Shown: positions 11,831 to 21,001 of the stretch, one piece after another | Layout: every line of letters begins with the position of its first letter | Position numbering within the stretch: position 1 is the stretch's first letter | Source: an uncultured Actinomycetota bacterium | Lineage (GTDB): Bacteria; Actinomycetota; Actinomycetes; Propionibacteriales; Nocardioidaceae | Assembly: GCA_963769445.1 (NCBI GenBank) | Contig: CAVYLO010000001.1 | Span: 47,545 to 111,544 of the forward strand | Length of the DNA: 64,000 nucleotides | Reading direction: 5' to 3' | Translations under genes and position numbers: made by a program | Notes under the pieces: generated by a model | What the model was told of the DNA's origin: nothing | Databases searched by the model: none | What the model saw: only the letters and a program-made list of their open reading frames with translations

Positions 11831-12403
11831 TCAGCGGCAGTCGGCCAGCGCGTCGCGCGCGGCGTCGACGTGCAGCTGGGCATGACCGGAGTACTCGTGC
11901 GCCCGGTCCAGGCTGGTGGTCCCGAGGGTGAGGGTGGCCCAGCCCACGACTCGCTGCGGATGGCTGGGCAGCGACGGGAAGGTGTTGTTGTCCGGGCCCC
12001 ACTCGTCGATGGCCGTGCGCAGGATCGTCCAACGCTGCGCCTGGTCGTCCCAGGAACCGCCCAGCAGATCGGGGCCTGCACAGTCGGCGACCGACGAGGC
12101 CAGACCGGGGCCGTCGGAATCGTCAGGCAGGAGGCCTTCGTCGACATCGGCGCGGATCCCGGCCGGCGATGCGAGTCCGGCGACGTCCGGACCCGTGATG
12201 AGGAGGCGAGCCTGAGCGGCTGCGGCCTGTGCCCCGTCGAGGGTTGATGCGTCCCGCCAGAGATCGACCTGCTGCTGCACCTGTTCCACCCGCTCCAGGA
12301 CAGGGGCGGCGTCGGGCCGCGTAGGAGGCGCGTCGGTGGACGACGAACACGCGGCCAGCAGCATCGCGACGGCGGCTGCACCCGCCCAGGTCCTAGCTCG
12401 CAC
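11831..12403 (-). CDS. Hypothetical lipoprotein
   Basis: Signal peptide with lipobox LAAC; start overlaps the egtD stop. Confidence 0.75.
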   Translation of the reverse strand: MRARTWAGAAAVAMLLAACSSSTDAPPTRPDAAPVLERVEQVQQQVDLWRDASTLDGAQAAAAQARLLITGPDVAGLASPAGIRADVDEGLLPDDSDGPGLASSVADCAGPDLLGGSWDDQAQRWTILRTAIDEWGPDNNTFPSLPSHPQRVVGWATLTLGTTSLDRAHEYSGHAQLHVDAARDALADCR

Positions 12404-13371
12404 GGCGGGCCAAGGTCAGGGCGAAGTCAGCGTCGCTCCACAGCTGCTCCACGACGAAGCCAGCAGCCTGGAGCTCGTTGCGCAGCTGGTCCGGGCGGAA
12501 CTTGGTGGAGATCTCGACCCGGATCTCTTCGCCGCTGGCCAGATCGAACGTGACGTCGGCGCCGGGGATGGTCACCCGGTGCGGCATCTCGGCGCGCAGA
12601 CGCAGGTCCATGCGCTCCATGTGCGGGTCCCAGAACGGCACGTAGCTGAAGGCGTCGACGTCGAAGTCGGCGCCGAGCTCGCGATTGACCACGTGCAGGC
12701 AGTTGGTGACGAACTCGGCCGTGACGCCCTGCGAGTCGTTGTAGGCCGCGATGAGCCGGTCGCTGGCCTTGACGAGGTCGGTGCCCAGCAGGAGGCAGTC
12801 GCCGGTCTGCGAGAGAGTCGGCCAGCGCGCCGAGGAACGCGGCCCGCTCCTCGACGTAGAGGTTGCCGATGGTGCCGCCGAGGAAGGCCACGACCTTGCG
12901 CCCGCCAGCGGGCAGATGGCCCAGGTGCAGCGTGAAGTCGCCCACGACGGCCTCGACCTGCAGGCCGGGATAACGCTGGGCGAGCTCGGCAGCGGCGGTG
13001 CGCAGCGTCCCCTCGGACACGTCGACCGGCACGAAGCGGATCAGCGACCCGTGCGCTGTGAAGGCGTCGAGCAGGGTGCGGGTCTTGTCGCTGGTGCCAC
13101 TGCCGAGCTCGACCACGGTGTCAGCGCCCGACAGCTGGACGATCTCGTCGGCATGGGCCACCAGCAGGGCTCGCTCGGCCTCGGTGGGGTAGTACTCCGG
13201 CAGTCGCGTGATCTGGTCGAACAGCTCGGATCCGCGATCGTCGTAGAGCCAGGTGGGTGGCAGGGTGCGCGGATGGGTGGCCAGGCCGCGGCGCACGTCG
13301 TTGACCAGGCTGCTGGCGGCCCATCCGGGGTCCAGCACCACCGAGACGACCGGCTCCAGGACGCCGCTCAT
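12393..13371 (-). CDS. egtD: L-histidine N-alpha-methyltransferase EgtD (one extra base near 12810-12812, probably a sequencing error)
   Basis: LPPTWLYD, EYYPT, VELGSG and FLGGTIGN in one frame; GTDLVK..AAYND..EISTKF in the next frame ending at 12393; ATGA overlap with egtB. Confidence 0.9.
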
Positions 13372-14651
13372 GAGGGGGCCCCACCATCGGCGAGGCGCAC
13401 GCCGGACATCGCCCACCGGGCGCCGGGCGGAAAGAAGTTGCGGTAGGTCAGCCGGGCGTGGCCAGGCGGCGTGAGCGCGCACCCGCCGCGCAGCACCATC
13501 TGGTTCGACATGAACTTGCCGTTGTACTCACCGATGGCGCCGGCGGGCGGGTGGAATCCGGGATAGGGCAGGTAGGACGACGAGGTCCACTCCCAGCAGT
13601 CGCCGTACACCTGACGCAGGTGCCCCGTGGCGGGCCCGGCCGCGCGGGCGTGGAAGGTCTCGGTGTCGGCGAGATTGCCAGCGGCGTCGGTCTGGCCGTC
13701 GCTGACCACCGCGTGCTCCCACTCGGCCTCGGTCGGCAACCGCTTGCGCGCCCAGGTGGCGTAGGCATCGGCCTCGTAGTGGCTCAGGTGAGTGGCGGGC
13801 AGGCCCGGGTTGACCGGATGGGTGCCGTTGAGGGTGTGCTCGTGCCACGTGCCGTCGCCGTCGACCGACCAGTAGAACGGGGCGCGCCAGTCCTCCGCCG
13901 TGACCCGGGCCCAGCCGTCGGACAACCACAGCTCTGGACGGCTGTACCCGTCGTCGGCCATGAAGTGCATCCACTCCTCGTTCGTGACCAGCCGGTCGGC
14001 GAGGCGGAACGGCTCGAGCCACGTGCGGTGCCGTGGCATCTCGTTGTCGAAGCTGAAGCCAGGACCCTGGTGGCCCACCTCGACCAGTCCGCCCTCGACG
14101 TCCACCCAGCCCAGGCGGTCGGACTCCGACGGCGCAGACGGCTCTCCGCCGTAGACCGGGCGCAGGGGGTTGACCGACAAGACGTGCTTGATGTCCATCA
14201 GCAGGAGCTCTTGGTGCTGCTGCTCGTGGTGGAAGCCCAGCTCGATGGTGGGCGAGAGCTTGTCGAGCGTGCCGCCGTCGACGGACGACACGAGATCTCG
14301 CATGCGTGAGTCCACGTTGGAGCGGTACAGGCCGACATCGTGAGCACCGGGGCGCGTGATGTGGCCCCGCTCGGCTCGGGAGTACCGGGGACCGACGGCC
14401 TCGTAGTAGCTGTTGAACAAGAACCAGTACTGGTCCTGGAAGGGGCGGAAGGTGCTCTCCGCCTCGGCCAGCAGGAACGTCTCGAAGAACCAGGTGACGT
14501 GCGCGCGGTGCCACTTGGTGGGCGAGACGTCCGGCATGGACTGGACCGTCTGGTCCTCCGGCGACAGCGGCGCGGCCAGCTGCTCGGTGTGCGACCGGAC
14601 GCGGTCGAACAACTCGATCAAGGTGTCGGCGTCGTGCAGAGGTGCCGTCAT
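13368..14651 (-). CDS. egtB: Ergothioneine sulfoxide synthase EgtB
   Basis: SPTKWHRAH, FNSYY, HEQQHQE iron ligands, FGE-sulfatase domain with RLPTEAEWE, EYNGKFM, YRNFF. Confidence 0.94.
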   Translation of the reverse strand: MTAPLHDADTLIELFDRVRSHTEQLAAPLSPEDQTVQSMPDVSPTKWHRAHVTWFFETFLLAEAESTFRPFQDQYWFLFNSYYEAVGPRYSRAERGHITRPGAHDVGLYRSNVDSRMRDLVSSVDGGTLDKLSPTIELGFHHEQQHQELLLMDIKHVLSVNPLRPVYGGEPSAPSESDRLGWVDVEGGLVEVGHQGPGFSFDNEMPRHRTWLEPFRLADRLVTNEEWMHFMADDGYSRPELWLSDGWARVTAEDWRAPFYWSVDGDGTWHEHTLNGTHPVNPGLPATHLSHYEADAYATWARKRLPTEAEWEHAVVSDGQTDAAGNLADTETFHARAAGPATGHLRQVYGDCWEWTSSSYLPYPGFHPPAGAIGEYNGKFMSNQMVLRGGCALTPPGHARLTYRNFFPPGARWAMSGVRLADGGAPS

Positions 14652-14721
14652 GGGAGTACTCCTCGACTAGCGTGCTCTCCAGCGTAGGCACCCCCACCCA
14701 CAGTCGCACCCTGTAGCGGCA

Positions 14722-16077
14722 TCAATCCGCGACGTAGTACATCCGCTTGTTGACGAACTCGTCCATGCCCAGCGGCCCCAGCTCGCGGCCGAAGCCGGAT
14801 CGCTTGACGCCTCCGAATGGCACCTCGGCACCCTCGCCGGCCGGCGTGTTGACGTTCGACATGCCCACCTCGAGCTGGTGGGCCAGCTTCTTGGCCCGCT
14901 CGGGATCGCTGCTGAACACCGCGCCGCCGAGGCCGTAGTCGGTGTCGTTGGCCAGCGTGAGTGCCTCCTCGTCAGTCGTCACCTTGTAGACCACGGCGAC
15001 CGGGCCGAACAGCTCCTCGCGGTAGGCGCGCATGTCCTCGGTGATGCCCGTCAGCACCGCGGGGGAGTAGAACGCAGCAGGGCCGTCGCCCAGTACGCCG
15101 CCGGCATGGAGGGTCGCACCCTTGTCGACGGCATCCTTGACCTGCTCGGCCAGGTTCTCAGCGGCAGCGCGCGACGACATGGGTGAGAAGGACTCGAGGG
15201 TGCTGGCCTTCTCGGTCAGCCGTGCGACGAAGCCGTCGAACACGTCGTCCATGACGATCATGCGCTTGTTGGAGTTGCACGCCTGTCCGGTGTTGCTGAT
15301 CCGGGTTTCCCACGCGAGATCCGCCGCTGCCTCGATGTCGTTGCTGTCGAGGATCACGTAGGGGTCAGAGCCGCCGAGCTCCAGGACGCACTTCTTCAGG
15401 TTCTTGCCGGCCTCGGCGGCGACGACGGCGCCGGCGCGCTCCGAGCCGGTCAGCGAGACGCCCTGCACGCGGCGGTCGGCGATCATCGTGGCGACCTGGT
15501 CGAAGGTGGCGAACACGTTGACGTAGCCGCCCTCGGGCACCCCGGCGTCCGCCATGAGCTGGGCGACGGCCAGCGCCGACCGGGGCACGGACTCGGCGTG
15601 CTTGAGGATGATGGTGTTGCCCAGCATCATGTTCGGCGCCGCGAAGCGCGCGATCTGGTAGAAGGGATAGTTCCACGGCATGATCCCCAGCAGCGGCCCA
15701 ATGGGCAGCTTCTGAACCATGGCAGAGCCGCCACTGATGCCCTTGATCGGTTGATCGGCAGCGAGGTCGGGGCCCTCGGTCGCGAAGTACTCGAAGATGT
15801 CGCCGCAGAAGGCGGCCTCGCCCACGGCTTCGGCGAGGGGCTTGCCCATCTCGAGTGTGGCAATGGCACCAAGCTCCTTGGCGCGTTCGCGGAAGAGGTC
15901 GGCCACCTTCTGCACCGTCACGGCGCGCTCGGCGATCGGGACGTCCTTCCACGCCCGGTACGCAGACGTCGCGGCGGTGAGGGCGCTTTCGATCTCGGCG
16001 TCCGTGGCGTGTTCGAAGGATTCGACGACCTCGCCGGTGGACGGATCGGTGACGCGGTACTGCGGCTGCGCGCTCAT
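14722..16077 (-). CDS. NAD(P)-dependent aldehyde dehydrogenase, succinate-semialdehyde dehydrogenase (GabD/Sad)-like
   Basis: IMPWNYPFYQ, LTGSERAG, LELGGSD (catalytic Glu), GQACNS (catalytic Cys), EELFGP, PFGGVKRSGFGRELG; RBS GAGGAG before ATG 16077. Confidence 0.9.
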   Translation of the reverse strand: MSAQPQYRVTDPSTGEVVESFEHATDAEIESALTAATSAYRAWKDVPIAERAVTVQKVADLFRERAKELGAIATLEMGKPLAEAVGEAAFCGDIFEYFATEGPDLAADQPIKGISGGSAMVQKLPIGPLLGIMPWNYPFYQIARFAAPNMMLGNTIILKHAESVPRSALAVAQLMADAGVPEGGYVNVFATFDQVATMIADRRVQGVSLTGSERAGAVVAAEAGKNLKKCVLELGGSDPYVILDSNDIEAAADLAWETRISNTGQACNSNKRMIVMDDVFDGFVARLTEKASTLESFSPMSSRAAAENLAEQVKDAVDKGATLHAGGVLGDGPAAFYSPAVLTGITEDMRAYREELFGPVAVVYKVTTDEEALTLANDTDYGLGGAVFSSDPERAKKLAHQLEVGMSNVNTPAGEGAEVPFGGVKRSGFGRELGPLGMDEFVNKRMYYVAD

Positions 16078-16105
16078 GTGAGGCTCCTCGGGTGCGGGGT
16101 GGGGG

Positions 16106-16804
16106 TCAGAAGACGTGTTCGAGATATCCCTCGACCAACGTACGGGTGCGGGACTGCGAGTGCTGGACTCGATCGGCGGTCTCGGCCACGAGGTCGGCTG
16201 GGTCAATACCCAGAGCGCGGGCCTTGTCGTGGCCGCCCATGTCGAGCCAGCCGGTCAGGATGTCGGGGGTCAGCTCGGGGTGGAACTGCACGCCCATCGA
16301 GCGGCCGTGCACGAAGGCCTGCTCGGTCGCGGCGTTGCGTGCGACGGACACCGCCCCGGGCGGCAAGGTGAACCGGTCGTAGTGCCACTGGAAGAACGGG
16401 CCCTCTGGCACGATGTCGGGGCGGTCGGACTCGACCGCGTGCCAGCCGATCTCCGCGACGTCACCGAGCTGCACGGTGCCGCCCAGCGCCTGGGCCAGCA
16501 GCTGCCCTCCGAAGCACACCCCGAGCACGGGAGTGTCGGCTGCGACGGCGTCGGCCAGCCAGGCCAGCTCCGGCTGGACCCATGACCCGATGGTCTCGTG
16601 GTCGTACACGCTCCATGGAGCGCCGAATGGCACCAGGAGGTCGTAGGGCTCGTGATCGGGGAAGGTGAAGTCGACCGATGGGTTGCCGAAGCTGTCCTCC
16701 GGCACCACGAGGACGGTATCTAAGTCCCAGCCGAGGTCCGCGAGGGCTTCGCCCACCAGCCCGGGTTCTGAGCAGAAGTCGTGCAGGACTGCGAGTGCCT
16801 TCAT
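16106..16804 (-). CDS. Type 1 glutamine amidotransferase-like protein (candidate gamma-glutamylamide hydrolase)
   Basis: LGVCFGGQLLA nucleophile elbow, FQWH, QFHPE triad; TGATG coupling to the P450 stop. Confidence 0.88.
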   Translation of the reverse strand: MKALAVLHDFCSEPGLVGEALADLGWDLDTVLVVPEDSFGNPSVDFTFPDHEPYDLLVPFGAPWSVYDHETIGSWVQPELAWLADAVAADTPVLGVCFGGQLLAQALGGTVQLGDVAEIGWHAVESDRPDIVPEGPFFQWHYDRFTLPPGAVSVARNAATEQAFVHGRSMGVQFHPELTPDILTGWLDMGGHDKARALGIDPADLVAETADRVQHSQSRTRTLVEGYLEHVF

Positions 16805-18051
16805 CAGTGGATGATCTCGACGGGGAACTTCTTGATGCCGTTCACGAAGTTGCTGCGCACCCGCGTGACGTCCCCGGTGAACTCGGCAGACTTGATCCGG
16901 GGGATCAGGGCCTGGAACATCAGCTTGATCTCCAGACGAGCCAGATTGTTGCCCAGGCAGAAGTGCGGGCTGCCCTTGCCGAACGTCACGTGGTCGTTGG
17001 GTGAACGCGTGACGTCGAAGCGGTACGGGTCCTCGAACACGTCTTCGTCGCGGTTGCCGGACGCGAACCACATCACGACCTTGTCGCCGGCCGCGATCTT
17101 CTGGCCACGGATCTCGACGTCGCGGGTCGCGGTGCGGCGGAAGTGGTAGACCGGGCTGGCCCAGCGCAGGAACTCCTCGACCGCGCTCGGGATCAGCTCG
17201 GGCTTCTCCTGCAGCAGCGCCAGCTGGTCCGGATGCTCCATCAGGGCGAGCATCGAGTGGCTGATGGTGTGCCGGGTCGTCTCGTTGCCGGCGACGACCA
17301 GCAGCAGGAAGTAGTTGTCGAACTCGGTCGCGGTCAGCGGCTCGCCATCGACCGGCACCCGGTTGACCAGCTTGCTGACCAGATCCTCACCGTCGCCGCC
17401 ACGGCGCTGTTGGGCCAGCTCGCGTCCGTACTCGAACACCTCGAGCGACGCGGGGGAGCGGAAGGGAAGGTGCTTGTACTGGTCGCTGCCGGCGTCCGAG
17501 AGCAGCACCTGGGCGTAGTCCGGGTCGGTGTTGCCGATGATCTGATTGCCCCAGTGGATCAGCTGGTCGGTGCGATCGGCCGGGACGTCGAGCATCTGCG
17601 CGAGGACCTGGATCGGGAAGTCGGCGCTGACCTCCTTCACGAAGTCGAACGTGCCCTGGCGCAGCGCCGCGTTGACCGTGGCCTCAGTCAGGCCCTGCAG
17701 GAAGTCTTCGAACTTCTTGAGGGTCTGACCGCCGAAGTCGCGCTGCAACAGCTTGCGCAAGGCACGGTGCCGCGTGCCGTCGGACTCCAGGATCGAGCGG
17801 CGCAGATCCTTGAGATCGTCGTCGACCTCCTCCAGGTTCACGTAGTCGGTCGACGTGAACGTCTCGGCGTCCCGGTCGATGGCCACGATGTCCTCGTGCT
17901 TGGTGATCGACCAGAACCCCGCGCCGTCCGGTTCGGGGTTCCAGTGCACCGGTGCCTCCGCGCGCAGCCGGTCGAAGCTCGACCACGCCTCGTTGCGCTC
18001 GAAGATGTCCAGGTTCGCGAGGTCGATGTCGGCCAGTGCGGGGCGGTCCAT
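16804..18051 (-). CDS. Cytochrome P450
   Basis: I-helix AGNETT, K-helix EEFLR, heme motif FGKGSPHFCLG; RBS AAGGA before ATG 18051. Confidence 0.96.
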   Translation of the reverse strand: MDRPALADIDLANLDIFERNEAWSSFDRLRAEAPVHWNPEPDGAGFWSITKHEDIVAIDRDAETFTSTDYVNLEEVDDDLKDLRRSILESDGTRHRALRKLLQRDFGGQTLKKFEDFLQGLTEATVNAALRQGTFDFVKEVSADFPIQVLAQMLDVPADRTDQLIHWGNQIIGNTDPDYAQVLLSDAGSDQYKHLPFRSPASLEVFEYGRELAQQRRGGDGEDLVSKLVNRVPVDGEPLTATEFDNYFLLLVVAGNETTRHTISHSMLALMEHPDQLALLQEKPELIPSAVEEFLRWASPVYHFRRTATRDVEIRGQKIAAGDKVVMWFASGNRDEDVFEDPYRFDVTRSPNDHVTFGKGSPHFCLGNNLARLEIKLMFQALIPRIKSAEFTGDVTRVRSNFVNGIKKFPVEIIH

Positions 18052-18092
18052 GGTGATTCCTTGGTGGTGGGTGAATGCCGGAGGGGCGGGGC

Positions 18093-19445
18093 TCAGAGGT
18101 GGTACGCGTACTCGTTGAACTCCCAGTCGGTGACGAACTTGCTGAAGCGCTCGATCTCGTCTCGCTTGACGGCGAGGAAGGTCCGCACGAACTGTGGGCC
18201 GAGCAGATCGGCGAACTCTGCGTTGGCCTCCAGCGCCTCGAGCGACTCCCACAGGCTGATCGGCAGCATGTCGGCCTTGCTGGTGTCGTAGCCGTAGCCC
18301 TCCAGTGCGGGCGGTGCCTCCAATCCGTCGCGGATGCCCAGATAGGCGGCGCCGAGCAGGCCGGCTATGGCCAGGTAGGGGTTGGCGGTCGCGTCGCCGA
18401 GGCGGAGCTCGAGTCGCGAGGCGTGCCCGCGCTCGGGCGGGATCCGCACCATGGCGCTGCGGTTGTCCAAGCCCCAGTCGATCAACCAGGGCGCGAGGGT
18501 GTCGGGCCCGAATCGCTTGTAGGAGTTGATGGTCGGGTTGGACAGTGCGGCAAGTGCCGGCGCGTGGGCGAGCACACCGGCGATGGCCGCGTGGGCCGTC
18601 GCCGACAGGCCGTCCTTGCCGTCAGGATCATCGAACACCGGGGCGCCCGAGTCGTCGACGGTCGAGAAGTGCAGGTGGAAACCTGATCCGCCCTCGTCGT
18701 TGTACGGCTTGGCCATGAAGGTGGCGAGCTTGCCCTCGCGGCGGGCGAGCTCCTTGACGGCGCCCTTGAAGCGATAGGCGCGATCGGCGGCGTCAAGAGC
18801 CTCAGAGTGCCAGAGATTGATCTCGAACTGTCCGCTGGAGAACTCGTGATTGGCCGCCACGACGTCAAGGCCGTAGCCGGCGAGCTCGCGCAGCGAGCGC
18901 AGCAGCACGTTCTCGGGATCGCCGCGCAGGCCGGACACGTAGACGTTTCCCGTTGCCTCGCCGTAGCGACGCCAGCCGGTGGGCGCAGCGTCGTCCTTCT
19001 CGAGCACGAAGAATTCCAGCTCGGGCCCGACAATCGGCTTCATGCCAAGCTCGGAGAACTTGTCCAGCACTCGACGCAGCACATTGCGAGGGCTCTCCTC
19101 GGAGGGGGATCCGTCGGGGTTGAACACATCGGCGATCACGTGGGCGACGCCGGGCTCCCACGGCACGTCGACCAACGTGTCGACGTCGGGGAACGCCACC
19201 ACGTCGGGCAGTCCGTCAGCCAGTCCGCCCTCGATCGCGACCACGTCGCCGCCGGGGGTGGTGCCGTAGACGGTGCGGCAGAAGGCGACGCCGTCGCCGA
19301 CCGTGCGGGAGATGTTCGAGACCATCAGGTCTCGCCCGCGCTCGGTGCCCATCAGGTCTGAATAGCTCAGCCGCACCACGTCGATGCCGCGGGCGACGAG
19401 GTCGGCCGCCGCCACGTCCAGAGCGTCCGTGTTGAAATGTCCCAC
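18093..19445 (-). CDS. Glutamine-synthetase-like protein (candidate gamma-glutamyl-amine ligase, PuuA/IpuC/GlnA3-like)
   Basis: GPELEFF, HEFSSGQFEIN, ATFMAKP..GSGFHLHFS, NSYKR, WGLDNRSAMVR, RLELR..ANPYL; GTG 19445 follows GGAGG (alternative start 19457). Confidence 0.92.
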   Translation of the reverse strand: MGHFNTDALDVAAADLVARGIDVVRLSYSDLMGTERGRDLMVSNISRTVGDGVAFCRTVYGTTPGGDVVAIEGGLADGLPDVVAFPDVDTLVDVPWEPGVAHVIADVFNPDGSPSEESPRNVLRRVLDKFSELGMKPIVGPELEFFVLEKDDAAPTGWRRYGEATGNVYVSGLRGDPENVLLRSLRELAGYGLDVVAANHEFSSGQFEINLWHSEALDAADRAYRFKGAVKELARREGKLATFMAKPYNDEGGSGFHLHFSTVDDSGAPVFDDPDGKDGLSATAHAAIAGVLAHAPALAALSNPTINSYKRFGPDTLAPWLIDWGLDNRSAMVRIPPERGHASRLELRLGDATANPYLAIAGLLGAAYLGIRDGLEAPPALEGYGYDTSKADMLPISLWESLEALEANAEFADLLGPQFVRTFLAVKRDEIERFSKFVTDWEFNEYAYHL

Positions 19446-19460
19446 GCGATCCTCCACCTA

Positions 19461-19480
19461 ATCGTTTGGAGCCTTACGAT
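19461..19480. promoter_or_regulatory. Operator copy A (ATCGTTTGG-AG-CCTTACGAT) between the divergent ligase and decarboxylase genes
   Basis: Imperfect 20-bp palindrome matching three other cluster promoters; overlaps candidate -10 boxes TACGAT (+) and TATCGT (-, with TTGTCA 17 bp upstream). Confidence 0.75.
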
Positions 19481-19515
19481 ATGACCCGGCTCACACTTTG
19501 ACAAGGAGGTCCACG

Positions 19516-20916
19516 ATGACCGACCACGGAAACCACGGCTCGCACGTGCACGGCACCGACCTGGGCGTGACCGACGAATTCTGGGGCGACGAGTCCGCCA
19601 GCGTCCGTACCGCGCTCGCCTGGGCCGTCGCCCGCATGGCCCGGTCCTCCGATCCTCGATCGACGGCACGACCGGAGTCCGAGCTGGCCGCAGCGGCCGG
19701 GGCGACCGTGGTGCCGGAGGGGATCGGTGCGCCCGCTGCGATGAAGGTCTTCTCCGACGTGCTCGAGCCCGCCACCCGTGCGCAGGGTCACGAGCTCAAT
19801 CTCGCCTACATTCCCGGCGCCCCCAATCGGTCGTCGGTCGCCTTCGACGCCGTCACGGGCAGCGCCAACATCTTCGGCGGTATCTGGGAGGCGGGTGCCG
19901 GTGGCATCCACGCCGAGAACGAGGTGCTGGCCTGGCTGGCCGGCCTGCTGCAGTGGCCTGAATCAGCAGCAGGCTGCTTCGTGTCGGGCGGGACGGTCGG
20001 CAACCTGTCGGCGCTGGTGGCGGCCCGAAAGCGCGCACTGCGTCGCCGGGGTGCGCGCCCCGAGGGTGGATGGACCTTGGTGTGCACCGATGGCGCGCAC
20101 TCCTCGATCCCGCAGGCTGCCGAGGTGCTCGATGTCGCCGTCGCGCGCGTTCCGGTCGATGAGCGCGGCCACATGACCGGCGCCGCACTGCGTGAGGTGC
20201 TGGAGCGGACGCCGTCGGCCTTCGCGGTGGTCACGTCGGCCGGCACGACCAACACCGGCGTCATCGACGACCTCGCCGACATCGCCGATGTCTGCGCCGA
20301 TCACGACGTGTGGATGCACGTCGACGGAGCCTACGGAGGCGCGGCGCTGCTGGCACCGTCGGTGCGCGATCGGTTCGCTGGCATCGAACGCGCCGACAGC
20401 TTCATCGTCGACCCGCACAAGTGGCTGTTCGCCCCCTACGACTGCTGCGCGCTGCTGTACCGAGACGCGGCGGACGGGCGCGATGCGCACGCCCAGCACG
20501 CCAGCTATCTGGACCATGTCGATCGGGAGCAGCCGAATCCCTCGGACCTTGCCCTGCACCTGTCGCGTCGGGTCCGCGGCCTGCCGCTGTGGTTCGGGCT
20601 GGCGACGCACGGCACGGACCGCTACCGCGAAGCGATCGAGAAGACGCTGTCCACGGCACGTGAGGTCGCGGCTGGAATCGACGCCATCGCTCACCTCGAC
20701 CTGCTGGTCGCTCCCGAGCTCTCCGTCGTGATGTTCGATCGCCCCGGCTGGAACGCGGCCGACTACGCGAGCTGGTGCGACCGACTCGCCCACGACGGGA
20801 CGATGCTGTGCGTGCCCACGCGGTGGGAGGGGCGCACCGTGCTGCGGGTCGTGTTCGTCAATCCGGACACGTCGGCGGAGGTCGTGCTGCGGATCCTCGA
20901 CGAGACCACGCGCTGA
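19516..20916 (+). CDS. Group II PLP-dependent amino acid decarboxylase
   Basis: GCFVSGGTVGN, AHSSI, SAGTTNTG, WMHVDGAYGG, DPHKW (PLP lysine); RBS AAGGAGG. Confidence 0.92.
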   Translation: MTDHGNHGSHVHGTDLGVTDEFWGDESASVRTALAWAVARMARSSDPRSTARPESELAAAAGATVVPEGIGAPAAMKVFSDVLEPATRAQGHELNLAYIPGAPNRSSVAFDAVTGSANIFGGIWEAGAGGIHAENEVLAWLAGLLQWPESAAGCFVSGGTVGNLSALVAARKRALRRRGARPEGGWTLVCTDGAHSSIPQAAEVLDVAVARVPVDERGHMTGAALREVLERTPSAFAVVTSAGTTNTGVIDDLADIADVCADHDVWMHVDGAYGGAALLAPSVRDRFAGIERADSFIVDPHKWLFAPYDCCALLYRDAADGRDAHAQHASYLDHVDREQPNPSDLALHLSRRVRGLPLWFGLATHGTDRYREAIEKTLSTAREVAAGIDAIAHLDLLVAPELSVVMFDRPGWNAADYASWCDRLAHDGTMLCVPTRWEGRTVLRVVFVNPDTSAEVVLRILDETTR

Positions 20917-20953
20917 TCGCAGCAGGGTCTGGCGTGACGGCCGAGCCTCGCCT

Positions 20954-20973
20954 ATCGTCAGGACCCAAACGAT
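20954..20973. promoter_or_regulatory. Operator copy B (ATCGTCAGG-AC-CCAAACGAT)
   Basis: 20-bp imperfect palindrome 28 bp upstream of the ADC-like gene; overlaps candidate -10 TATCGT. Confidence 0.75.
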
Positions 20974-21001
20974 TTCGCCCGATCGACGCCTGGAGCTCCG
21001 C

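Noticed and set aside
13368-14651. Selenoneine synthase SenA
   Set aside because: No senB glycosyltransferase or selD/senC nearby; directly coupled to egtD
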